The position numbers and the translations under genes are program-made. 45,617 bases of DNA from the NCBI GenBank assembly GCA_015065365.1, contig SVQL01000003.1, forward strand, positions 1 to 45,617, given 5' to 3'. Shown here in pieces: positions 17,536-26,397 of this stretch; within the stretch, counting starts at the first letter, position 1; every line of letters starts with the position of its first letter. The notes below the pieces were generated by a model. That model worked only from the letters and a program-made list of their open reading frames with translations, had not been told where the DNA came from and made no database searches. The DNA is from Oscillospiraceae bacterium (GTDB taxonomy: Bacteria > Bacillota > Clostridia > Oscillospirales > CAG-272).

Positions 17536-18120
17536 ATGAAGTTAAAAAACATTCCAAATATTTTGTCAATTATCAGAATATTATTGGTTTTTGTATTCGT
17601 AATAATTCTTTTCGTATTTGATAATTTACCGCTTGCATTGCTTACGTTTTTAATCGCTGGACTTACGGATGTTGTTGACGGATATCTTGCACGAAGAAAC
17701 AACTGGATAACAAATCTCGGCAAAATTCTTGATCCTGTTGCTGATAAACTGATGCAATGTACCGTACTTGTAAGCCTTTTGATTAAGGGAATAGTTCCGT
17801 GGTGGTTTGTAGTTCCTTTCTTTGTGAAGGAAATACTTACGCTTATACTTGGTGCGGTAGTTATTCGCCGCAGGAGCGTTAACGTAGTAAGCAAGTGGTA
17901 CGGTAAATTTGCGGTTTGTCTGTTCTACGCAACCGTGGCGGTAGCTATTTTGTTCAATAATTTCCTTGTAAAGCATCCTCTTATTTATGTTTTAATATTC
18001 ATTCCCGCAATTGTTTTTGCAATAGGTGCAATGATAGCTTATATCAAGCACTATGCATATCTAAAAAAAGAAGAGATAAACAAAAGCGGTATTATAGATA
18101 ATATCCGAAAGGGCCAGTGA
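17536..18120 (+). CDS. pgsA: CDP-alcohol phosphatidyltransferase (PgsA-like)
   Basis: NIPNILS..R, TDVVDGYLAR, LGKILDPVADK. Confidence 0.9.
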   Translation: MKLKNIPNILSIIRILLVFVFVIILFVFDNLPLALLTFLIAGLTDVVDGYLARRNNWITNLGKILDPVADKLMQCTVLVSLLIKGIVPWWFVVPFFVKEILTLILGAVVIRRRSVNVVSKWYGKFAVCLFYATVAVAILFNNFLVKHPLIYVLIFIPAIVFAIGAMIAYIKHYAYLKKEEINKSGIIDNIRKGQ

Positions 18121-18149
18121 CGCTATTGCGTACTGAATTGTAATTTGTA

Positions 18150-20450
18150 ATGGTAATGTGTTCAAGATGCCACAAAAGAGTGGCGGTGGTTTTCGTAACC
18201 AAATTAGAAAATGGAAATAAAATAAACGATGGCTTGTGCTTAAGATGCGCCAAGGAACTGGGATTGCCGGTTGATAATATGCTTGGCAACGTAATGAATC
18301 AGTATGGAATATCTGCTGACGATCTTGAAGCTATGGAGGATAATCTCAATAACATGATGCCGGCTCCGTCAGATAATGATGACGTTGAGGAAGGTGGCGC
18401 TCCCGCTATTGACCTTCCTAAGCTTTTTGAGGATGCCGGACTTCCATCAAACACTCCCGAATTGCAGAATCGCACTAAAAAGAAAAACGGTGACGACAGC
18501 TCAAAGCAAAAGAAATATAAATTTCTTGATACCTATTGCCGCAATCTTACAAAGCGCGCAGCAGATGGAAAGCTTGACAGAATTATCGGCAGAGATAAGG
18601 AGCTAGACAGAGTTATACAGATTCTTTGCCGAAGACAGAAAAACAATCCTTGTCTTATAGGCGAGCCGGGAGTTGGAAAGACCGCAATAGCAGAGGCTCT
18701 TGCGCAAAGGATTGCTGACGGAAACGTTCCGTATAAGCTTAAAGAGAAGCAGATATATCTCGTTGATCTTACGGCACTTGTTGCAGGAACGCAATTCAGA
18801 GGTCAGTTTGAGTCAAGAATTCTCGGGCTTCTCTCTGAGGTTAAAACGGCAGGGAACGTAATTCTCGTTATTGACGAGGTGCATAACATCGTAGGAACAG
18901 GAGATGCCGAGGGAAGTGTAAATGCAGCAAATATTCTTAAACCAGCACTTTCTAGGGGCGAGGTTCGCATTATAGGCGCAACCACACTTAACGAATACCG
19001 CAAATATATTGAAAAGGATACCGCGCTCGAAAGGAGATTTCAGCCTGTAACCGTAAACGAGCCTTCAATAGATGAAACAATCGAAATGCTTGAAGAAATA
19101 AAGCATTATTACGAGGAATTTCATTCTATAAAGATACCGGATGGGGTAGTTCGTCGAGCTGTAATTATGTCTGAAAGATATATAATGGACAGATATTTAC
19201 CCGATAAAGCAATAGATTTGCTTGACGAAGCAGCGTCAAAGCTTTCTCTTACAAGCTCGGTGTTGAACGAAGCTCAGGAAATTAGAGAAAAGCTCCTTAC
19301 ATTTAAGGAGCAGCGTGAGAACCTCGAATCACAGACTCCCGCTGATGAGAATGCCTCCCGCCGTTGCTATGAAGAGATTGCTGAAATCAAGGCTAAGGAA
19401 ATACAGCTTTCAGCAAAGCTTCGTGAAATTGAGCCTTCATGTGAGCAGGTGGTTCTTTCAGAGCAGGATATTGCAAACGTAATCGAGCTTTGGACAGGGA
19501 TTCCTGCAGTTGATATATCTAAGAATGAGTTTGAGCAGATAGATAATCTGGAAAACAGACTTAAGAGTCGAATTATAGGTCAGGATACCGCCGTTGAAGC
19601 AGTTGCAAGGGCAATCAAGCGTAACAGAGCGGGAATTTCCTATAAGAGAAAGCCAGTATCCTTTATATTTGCCGGTCCTACCGGCGTTGGAAAAACGGAG
19701 CTTGTTAAGACACTGGCAACCGACCTTTTCCATTCTCCGGAAACGCTTATAAGACTCGATATGTCTGAATTTATGGAGAAGCATTCAGTATCAAGAATTA
19801 TAGGAGCGCCTCCCGGATACGTTGGCTACGATGAGGCAGGTCAGCTTACTGAGAAAATACGTCGCCGCCCTTATTCGGTAGTGCTTTTTGACGAGATTGA
19901 AAAAGCGCATCCCGATGTGCTTAATATTCTTCTTCAGATACTTGATGATGGAAGAATTACGGACGCAAGAGGTAAAACCGTAAATTTTGAAAACACGGTT
20001 ATAGTTATGACTACTAACGCAGGCTCTGACAGCACCGCGTCAACCGTAGGCTTCTTTTCCTCAGAAGATACAGGGAAAAACAATAAGACAATGAAGGCAT
20101 TATCGGTATTCTTGCGCCCTGAATTTATAAACCGAGTTGATGAAATCATAACCTTTAATTCACTTACGGTTGATAATTTTAAAAAGATAGCCATAATAAT
20201 GCTTGAGGAGCTGAAGGCGGTTCTTAGTGAAAAGGATATACGCTTTACGTATTCCGATAAAGCGGTAGCTTTTATTGCACAAAAGTCGTATTCTCAAAAA
20301 TACGGTGCTAGAAATATGCGTAGATTCATTTGTACGCATGTTGAAGATCAGCTTGCCGAAAAGATCATTTCCGATTACGACAGAAGAATTTGCGGTGTTT
20401 CTCTGAAATATTCCTCAAAGGAAGATAAATTGATAATTGAGAGTATCTGA
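18150..20450 (+). CDS. Class I Clp/Hsp100 ATPase with N-terminal Zn finger (ClpE/ClpC-like)
   Basis: CSRC...CLRC; GEPGVGKT and GPTGVGKT Walker A; RRFQ; GAPPGYVGY; VGF ClpP-docking loop. Confidence 0.95.
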   Translation: MVMCSRCHKRVAVVFVTKLENGNKINDGLCLRCAKELGLPVDNMLGNVMNQYGISADDLEAMEDNLNNMMPAPSDNDDVEEGGAPAIDLPKLFEDAGLPSNTPELQNRTKKKNGDDSSKQKKYKFLDTYCRNLTKRAADGKLDRIIGRDKELDRVIQILCRRQKNNPCLIGEPGVGKTAIAEALAQRIADGNVPYKLKEKQIYLVDLTALVAGTQFRGQFESRILGLLSEVKTAGNVILVIDEVHNIVGTGDAEGSVNAANILKPALSRGEVRIIGATTLNEYRKYIEKDTALERRFQPVTVNEPSIDETIEMLEEIKHYYEEFHSIKIPDGVVRRAVIMSERYIMDRYLPDKAIDLLDEAASKLSLTSSVLNEAQEIREKLLTFKEQRENLESQTPADENASRRCYEEIAEIKAKEIQLSAKLREIEPSCEQVVLSEQDIANVIELWTGIPAVDISKNEFEQIDNLENRLKSRIIGQDTAVEAVARAIKRNRAGISYKRKPVSFIFAGPTGVGKTELVKTLATDLFHSPETLIRLDMSEFMEKHSVSRIIGAPPGYVGYDEAGQLTEKIRRRPYSVVLFDEIEKAHPDVLNILLQILDDGRITDARGKTVNFENTVIVMTTNAGSDSTASTVGFFSSEDTGKNNKTMKALSVFLRPEFINRVDEIITFNSLTVDNFKKIAIIMLEELKAVLSEKDIRFTYSDKAVAFIAQKSYSQKYGARNMRRFICTHVEDQLAEKIISDYDRRICGVSLKYSSKEDKLIIESI

Positions 20451-20452
20451 TA

Positions 20453-23179
20453 ATGAACGAAAAATGGTTTCTGTTAAGCATTGCTGAAATAGAAAAAAAA
20501 TTAAAAACCAATGCCGCCTCGGGACTTACCCGTAAGGCGGCTCGTTCTGCTTGGTATCGTTTCGGTAGAAAAAGCGGTAATTTGTTTATAACCCAAAGAA
20601 AGAGCTTAGGTAAAATGCTCGGAGAGATTTTCGCGGATTTTTCTTTGATAATGCTTTTGCTGGCAGCGTTGTTTGCTATACTTTTCGACGAAGGTCACAT
20701 GGGCTGGACAGTAATGAGTATCGCTTTGATAAGTTTGATTTTTTCATTTGCTGTGTATTACAATCTTCAGCGAAGTATGGAACAGCTCAATTTATATTTT
20801 CAGCCAACCGCCAAGGTCATTCGTGGCGGAAAGCTATATAAAATTGCCTTTGACAACGTGGTTCCCGGTGACGTTATTCTTCTTGAAAAGGGTGATGTTG
20901 TCTGCGCTGACGCTCGTTTGGTTACATCTGATAGCCTAAAAGTATCAATGCGCGTAAATAAAAGCAAATACATATCCTTGGACAAGCAATCAAACGGAGT
21001 TATTTCTCCCGATGAAAATAATCCTGCAAAATTTCTTAATATATTGCACGGCGGCTCCGTAATAGCGGAAGGAAGTGCGAGAGCGATAGTTTACGCCACT
21101 GGAAAGTATACGTATCTTGGCGCTATGACGGGCGGTATTGTGCAGCCTTATAACGATAATGTTCCCCAAGAGTTAAAGAAAATGAGAAAAATATGTGCCC
21201 GTATAAGCATGTTTTCTCTTGTTGCAATACTTCCATTTTGTGTCATAAGTATTATTTTAAGTAAAATGACAGGTGAGGGTGCTGTTCTTTCCTCGACGTT
21301 TCTTACTGCTCTTGCAATAGCAGCGTCATCAATGACACAGCTATCGTGTACATTATGCAAAGTATTCTTTATAAGTAAAATAAAAAGCGCATTTAACGAA
21401 AAAAGCGCCGTTGCGATTCGTACAACAGATGCTTTTGATAAGCTTCATAGCGTAAATTATTTGTTTATGCTTGACGGAGCGGCGGTTACAGACGGCGTTT
21501 TACATTTTGATGATGCATTTACAGCTGATGGTGAAATCGCAGGATTTGTTAAGTGCAATCCAACAGTAAAATTACTACTGGAAATGGCAGAGCTATATAA
21601 CACGGCCGACTCAAATATGCTTACGGTTGGAATAAATCCCCCCAATAGATTTAAAAAGGGACTTAATGAATTCGTTTCAAATGGTAACCTTGATACACAG
21701 GTTTTAAAGCTTAGATGTCAAATAAAATCATATCTTCCTGGAACTGCTAAAGCGCCCACAGATCAAGTATTTTATTCTGATACCGGCAGACAATCTGTTT
21801 TATGCGTGTCAACCTCGCACAGCATTTTGTCCGAATGCTCACACGCGTATGTTTCCGGAAGTGTGCAACCGCTTTCAAGCATGGGCATAGACAAGCTTAG
21901 GCATACCTATGAGCTTCATGCTGCTAAAGGCAAGACTGTACTGATTTTCACTCTTACAACTCCCGAAAAAGCAGGAAGCGCATTTGGAAAAATATTTGTA
22001 GGCTGTGTCGTTTTGCGCGAAGGTATTGACTCAAATGCATACAAGGGTATTGCGGATTTGCAGAAAAAGGGAATTAAGCTTATTTCGTTTGTAAGTAATG
22101 AGTTGAATTCAAACGCCCCTAAAATTCCTATTGAATATCATTCAAAGGCTTCGGCGCATAAACAGGAATTTATAAATAACGGCGTACCTATTACTTATAA
22201 ATTTGGAGAAATAAATACTTATTACGGCGTATGTGTTACAGATGTAGAGGAGCTTCTTGACTATGCTCATAAAAAAGGCGAATCGGTCGCGCTGATAAGC
22301 TTTTCGGAAACTTCGCAAAAAATAATTCAGTCTGCGGATGTTATTATTTCCTGCGCGTCGCTCGTAAACGTATTTTCCGCCAAAAATGAAGAAGAGCTTT
22401 ATAGCATGGAGATGGCAGGCTCGCGCACAAGTACTTCGTGCGAGCAAGGTATAAAATCCAAGGCTGATGTGTTGCTATCGCGTCCGCGAAATAACAAGGG
22501 AGGAATATCCTCGTTGGTCTCTGTGCTGTCTTTTGCTGAAATGGCTTACAGAAATATCAATAGTTTTTTCAAATATATGCTGTGCGCACAGCTATTAAGG
22601 CTTATTATCGTAGCATTACCAATGGTTTTAGGAAATCCCGCCTTGGATGCCCGCCACGTAATAATTTGTAGCTTTTTAATAGATATTATTGTTCTGTTAA
22701 TGCTCGCATCAAACAAAACTCCCGTTGCTCCATCAAGACGGCAACAATATAAAATGAAATCCTTAAAGCAACACTTGATCAATGAGGGACGGTTATTATT
22801 GTGTTCGCTTGTTTCTGGGATTATTGCAATTATTGTCCCCGTTGTAATGAATACTGTCGGAATATTCGGTCAGCTGTTATATGACGCAGAATTTTATTTA
22901 TGCGCTTTGATATGGCTACACTTGATATTGGCATATTACATTCGATTTGGTAGCATACGAAACATTATTTATGCTGTAAAAAACAAATTCTTTTTAGGTC
23001 TTACCTTGGGGACCGTTGCGTTTTTAATCCTTGCTTCAATGATAAATGCGATAGGTATATGGTTTAATATAGACACTCATCAGCTACCGTATTTTATTGC
23101 ATCGTTTGTTCCGTCTGTTGCCTTTGGAGCAATTTATGAATTGTTCGTAATCACTCGTAAAGCTCAAAAGCGTCAATGA
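20453..23179 (+). CDS. P-type (Ca-ATPase/P2-like) ATPase homologue lacking all catalytic motifs (pseudoenzyme)
   Basis: Cation_ATPase_N-like start, VVPGDVILL..GDVVCADARL, ATG..T.LG and P2-like TM layout retained; TGES, PEGL, DKTGT, TGD and GDGxND absent. Confidence 0.85.
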   Translation: MNEKWFLLSIAEIEKKLKTNAASGLTRKAARSAWYRFGRKSGNLFITQRKSLGKMLGEIFADFSLIMLLLAALFAILFDEGHMGWTVMSIALISLIFSFAVYYNLQRSMEQLNLYFQPTAKVIRGGKLYKIAFDNVVPGDVILLEKGDVVCADARLVTSDSLKVSMRVNKSKYISLDKQSNGVISPDENNPAKFLNILHGGSVIAEGSARAIVYATGKYTYLGAMTGGIVQPYNDNVPQELKKMRKICARISMFSLVAILPFCVISIILSKMTGEGAVLSSTFLTALAIAASSMTQLSCTLCKVFFISKIKSAFNEKSAVAIRTTDAFDKLHSVNYLFMLDGAAVTDGVLHFDDAFTADGEIAGFVKCNPTVKLLLEMAELYNTADSNMLTVGINPPNRFKKGLNEFVSNGNLDTQVLKLRCQIKSYLPGTAKAPTDQVFYSDTGRQSVLCVSTSHSILSECSHAYVSGSVQPLSSMGIDKLRHTYELHAAKGKTVLIFTLTTPEKAGSAFGKIFVGCVVLREGIDSNAYKGIADLQKKGIKLISFVSNELNSNAPKIPIEYHSKASAHKQEFINNGVPITYKFGEINTYYGVCVTDVEELLDYAHKKGESVALISFSETSQKIIQSADVIISCASLVNVFSAKNEEELYSMEMAGSRTSTSCEQGIKSKADVLLSRPRNNKGGISSLVSVLSFAEMAYRNINSFFKYMLCAQLLRLIIVALPMVLGNPALDARHVIICSFLIDIIVLLMLASNKTPVAPSRRQQYKMKSLKQHLINEGRLLLCSLVSGIIAIIVPVVMNTVGIFGQLLYDAEFYLCALIWLHLILAYYIRFGSIRNIIYAVKNKFFLGLTLGTVAFLILASMINAIGIWFNIDTHQLPYFIASFVPSVAFGAIYELFVITRKAQKRQ

Positions 23180-23207
23180 ATATATACCAATCTCCTTTGC
23201 ATAAATT
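23178..23207 (+). promoter_or_regulatory. Putative sporulation-sigma promoter for ylmC (sigE or sigG; cannot tell which)
   Basis: gaata-N17-cataaatt upstream of SD aaaggag. Confidence 0.35.
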
Positions 23208-23237
23208 ATATTGATTTTTGCAAAGGAGATTTTGGTT

Positions 23238-23537
23238 GTGGACAGATTTAACACTTGTGAGCTTAGAGATAAAGAAGTAATAAATTTGTGTGACGGTGCG
23301 CGTCTTGGCTGCCCATCGGATTTTGAATTCAATAGCTGTGACGGAAAAATCACCGCAATAATTTTACCGGGGCAGGGCGGTTTTTTGGGATTTGGAAAAT
23401 CAAGGGATATTATAATACCTTGGAATAAAATCGAGTGTATAGGTGAAGATACGATACTTGTAAGACTGCCACACAACGAATTTTTTATTCCTGACGAGGA
23501 TAGAAAGAAAAAGAAAAAAGGTTTTTGGCAACTATAA
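23238..23537 (+). CDS. YlmC/YmxH family sporulation PRC-barrel protein
   Basis: ELRDKEVIN..DGARLG, IIIPWNKI..IGEDTILV. Confidence 0.93.
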   Translation: MDRFNTCELRDKEVINLCDGARLGCPSDFEFNSCDGKITAIILPGQGGFLGFGKSRDIIIPWNKIECIGEDTILVRLPHNEFFIPDEDRKKKKKGFWQL

Positions 23538-23570
23538 TTGTAAATAAAATGTAAATATTACAAAAAGCGC

Positions 23571-23599
23571 TTGAAATGTAATATACTATATGTTACAAT
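23571..23599 (+). promoter_or_regulatory. Sigma-A promoter of rpsB-tsf
   Basis: TTGAAA-N17-TACAAT with extended TG. Confidence 0.8.
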
Positions 23600-23605
23600 A
23601 TATTG

Positions 23606-23713
23606 GTTGCGTAATTTGAGATTTGCGCAATTAAATTAAATACACACACACGGCACCTGCGGTGCGATTAATCGCTTGCTGTGTGGTGGAAAAAACCAAA
23701 GGAGGACATAAAA
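23606..23713 (+). promoter_or_regulatory. Structured rpsB 5' leader (probable S2 autoregulatory element)
   Basis: cacacacggca pairs with tgctgtgtg; inner hairpins gcacc/ggtgc and gcgat/atcgc. Confidence 0.5.
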
Positions 23714-24451
23714 ATGTCTATTATCTCAATCAAACAGCTTCTCGAAGCAGGCGTCCATTTCGGACACCACACAAGAAGATGGAATCCTAAGATGCAGGAA
23801 TACATCTTTACCGAAAGAAACGGCATCTACATCATCGATCTTCAGAAAACAGTAAAGAAGTTTGATGAAGCGTACGCTTTCGTACGTGACGTTGCAGCAC
23901 AGGGCGGCAATATTCTTTTCGTTGGTACCAAGAAGCAGGCTGCTGATGCCATCAAGGAAGAAGCAACTCGTTGCGGAATGTACTACGTTAACGTTCGTTG
24001 GCCCGGCGGAATGATGACCAACTTCAAGACCATCAAGCGTTCTATCGGTCGTCTTAACGCTCTTGAAAAGATGCAGGAGGACGGAACCTTCGATCTTCTT
24101 CCCAAGAAGGAAGTAGCTACTAAGCAGAAGGAAATTTTCGACCTTGAGAAGAACTACGGCGGTATCAAGAACATGGATACTCTCCCCGCAGCTATTTTTA
24201 TCGTTGATCCCAAGAAGGAAAGAAACGCAGTTCTTGAGGCAAAGAAGCTTGGTATTCCGGTAGTGGCTATCGTTGATACCAACTGTGATCCTGATGATGC
24301 TGATTACATCATTCCCGGTAATGACGACGCTATCCGTGCAATCAAGCTTATCTCTTCTGTTCTTGCTGACGCAGTTATCGAAGGCAGACAGGGCGAGCAG
24401 CTCGTTGCTGAAGAAGTTGCAGAGGAAGCTGTTGAGGCTGACGCTGAGTAA
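23714..24451 (+). CDS. rpsB: 30S ribosomal protein S2
   Basis: [28 protein letters not shown]. Confidence 0.99.
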   Translation: MSIISIKQLLEAGVHFGHHTRRWNPKMQEYIFTERNGIYIIDLQKTVKKFDEAYAFVRDVAAQGGNILFVGTKKQAADAIKEEATRCGMYYVNVRWPGGMMTNFKTIKRSIGRLNALEKMQEDGTFDLLPKKEVATKQKEIFDLEKNYGGIKNMDTLPAAIFIVDPKKERNAVLEAKKLGIPVVAIVDTNCDPDDADYIIPGNDDAIRAIKLISSVLADAVIEGRQGEQLVAEEVAEEAVEADAE

Positions 24452-24486
24452 TTAAACACTTTTAATTTTTGAAAGGAAGTAAAAAA

Positions 24487-25413
24487 ATGGCTAATATTAC
24501 TGCAAAGGACGTTGCTAATCTTCGTGCTCAGACCGGTCTTGGTATGATGGAGTGTAAGAAGGCTCTCGTTGAGGCTGAGGGCGATTTTGAGGCAGCAGTT
24601 AAGATCCTTCGTGAGAAGGGACTTGCAACCGCCGAGAAGAAGGCTGGTCGTATTGCTGCTGAGGGTCGTGTCGATATTCTTTCCAAGGACGGCTATACCG
24701 CTATGGTAGAGGTAAATGCTGAGACTGACTTCGCTGCTAAGAGCGATGCATTCAAGGAGTTCGTGTCCGGAGTGCTTGAAACTATTATAGCTAACAAGCC
24801 TGCTACTCTCGAGGAACTTCTCGCAACCAACTACTGCGATACCGCAAACACTGTACAACAGACTCTCATCGAGCAGATCGCTATTATCAAGGAGAACCTT
24901 TCCGTACGCCGTTTTGTGTTGGTTGAGGGTGTTACTTCTTCCTACATTCACGGCTTTGGTTCTACCGGTGTTATCGTTAAGTTTGATACCGACGTTGCTG
25001 ACAAGGAAGACTTTGCTGTGTATGCAAAGAACATTGCGCTTCAGATTGCTGCCGGCAACCCTCCTCAGTATGTGAATATTGAGGATGTTCCCGCAGAGGC
25101 AGTTGCTGAGGAGAAGGCTGTTCTTATCGCGCAGATGAAGAACGATCCTAAGAACGCAAACAAGCCTGATGCAATTCTTGAGAAGATCGTTTCCGGTCGT
25201 CTTGGTAAGTTCTACGAGCGTGTTTGCCTTGTAGAGCAGGCTTACGTTAAGGAAGATGATATGACCGTTGGAACTTACACCAAGAATACTGCTAAGGCTC
25301 TTGGCGGCACTATCAAGATCGTTTCCTTCGACCTCTTTGAAAAAGGCGAGGGTATTCAGAAGAAGGAAGAGAACTTCGCTGACGAAATCGCTAAACTCAC
25401 CGGCAATAACTGA
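24487..25413 (+). CDS. tsf: Elongation factor Ts
   Basis: LR..TG.GMMECKKAL, EVNAETDFAA, SYIHG. Confidence 0.99.
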   Translation: MANITAKDVANLRAQTGLGMMECKKALVEAEGDFEAAVKILREKGLATAEKKAGRIAAEGRVDILSKDGYTAMVEVNAETDFAAKSDAFKEFVSGVLETIIANKPATLEELLATNYCDTANTVQQTLIEQIAIIKENLSVRRFVLVEGVTSSYIHGFGSTGVIVKFDTDVADKEDFAVYAKNIALQIAAGNPPQYVNIEDVPAEAVAEEKAVLIAQMKNDPKNANKPDAILEKIVSGRLGKFYERVCLVEQAYVKEDDMTVGTYTKNTAKALGGTIKIVSFDLFEKGEGIQKKEENFADEIAKLTGNN

Positions 25414-25422
25414 TTACAGTTC

Positions 25423-25460
25423 AAATCGGATACACTTTTTTGAGGTGTATCCGATTTTTT
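25423..25460 (+). terminator. Terminator after tsf
   Basis: aaatcggatacactt...aggtgtatccgatttttt. Confidence 0.9.
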
Positions 25461-25472
25461 GTTATATAGTAC

Positions 25473-25501
25473 TTGAAATTACAGCATAAATGTGGTAAAA
25501 T
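25473..25501 (+). promoter_or_regulatory. Sigma-A promoter of nfnAB
   Basis: TTGAAA-N17-TAAAAT with extended TG. Confidence 0.75.
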
Positions 25502-25539
25502 ATTGGTTGTGCAATTTTAGTTCAAGGAGTTAATTCTCT

Positions 25540-26397
25540 ATGTATAAGATATTAAAAAAAGAAGCGCTTAACGATACTGTAACAATGATGGATATATATG
25601 CCCCGTTTGTTGCAGCCAAAGCGGAGCCTGGTCAGTTTATAATTTTAAGAGTGGACGATGATGGAGAAAGAATCCCTTTGACTGTTGCAGGGTTTGACAG
25701 ACAAAAGGGAAGTATTAAGATTATTTTTCAAATCGTCGGTGCTACAACAAAAAAACTTAATGAAAAAAATGAAGGTGAATATATATCCGATTTTGTAGGA
25801 CCGCTTGGCAAACCCACAGAGCTTGACGGGCTAAAGAAGGTATGTATCGTAGGCGGCGGTGTAGGTTGTGCAATAGCATTGCCCATTGCGGAGCGTTTAC
25901 ACGAGCTGGGCTGTCACGTTACATCTGTAATTGGATTTAGAAACAAGGATTTGGTCATACTTGAAAATGAATTTTCAAATGTATCAGATAAACTTTACGT
26001 AATGACCGATGATGGAACCTACGGCACTCAAGGCAACGTATGCGCACCGCTTAACAATATGTTTGCAAACGGCGAAACCTTTGATGAGGTAATAACGATA
26101 GGACCATTGGTAATGATGAAATTCGTCGTTGCGGCAGTACGTCCAACTAAAATACCATGTACAGTTTCTATGAACCCCATTATGATCGATGGAACGGGAA
26201 TGTGTGGTGGATGTCGTTTAACGCTTGTTCGTGAAGGCAAGAGAATTACTAAATTTGCCTGTGTTGACGGCCCCGACTTTAATGGCTATGAAATAGATTT
26301 TGATGAAGCTATAACAAGATCGAATATGTATGTTGATTTTGAAAGGCACGCATACAAAGAAACGTGCAATTTGTTCAATAAAAAAGAGGAAAAATAA
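25540..26397 (+). CDS. nfnA: Electron-bifurcating transhydrogenase small subunit (FAD, [2Fe-2S])
   Basis: PGQFIILR, GERIPLT, GPLG, MIDGTGMCGGCR, FACVDGPDF. Confidence 0.93.
   Translation: MYKILKKEALNDTVTMMDIYAPFVAAKAEPGQFIILRVDDDGERIPLTVAGFDRQKGSIKIIFQIVGATTKKLNEKNEGEYISDFVGPLGKPTELDGLKKVCIVGGGVGCAIALPIAERLHELGCHVTSVIGFRNKDLVILENEFSNVSDKLYVMTDDGTYGTQGNVCAPLNNMFANGETFDEVITIGPLVMMKFVVAAVRPTKIPCTVSMNPIMIDGTGMCGGCRLTLVREGKRITKFACVDGPDFNGYEIDFDEAITRSNMYVDFERHAYKETCNLFNKKEEK

Noticed and set aside
20453-23179. Calling the P-type-like gene a pseudogene or a functional Ca-ATPase
   Set aside because: No stops or frameshifts over 908 codons argues against pseudogene; missing DKTGT, TGES and PEGL argues against an active pump
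24304-24951. 215-aa antisense ORF over rpsB/tsf
   Set aside because: Shadow ORF from codon bias of highly expressed genes
25459-25526. Rex operator upstream of nfnAB
   Set aside because: Only half-sites (ttgttat, ttgtgca); no TTGTKAA-N4-TTMACAA palindrome
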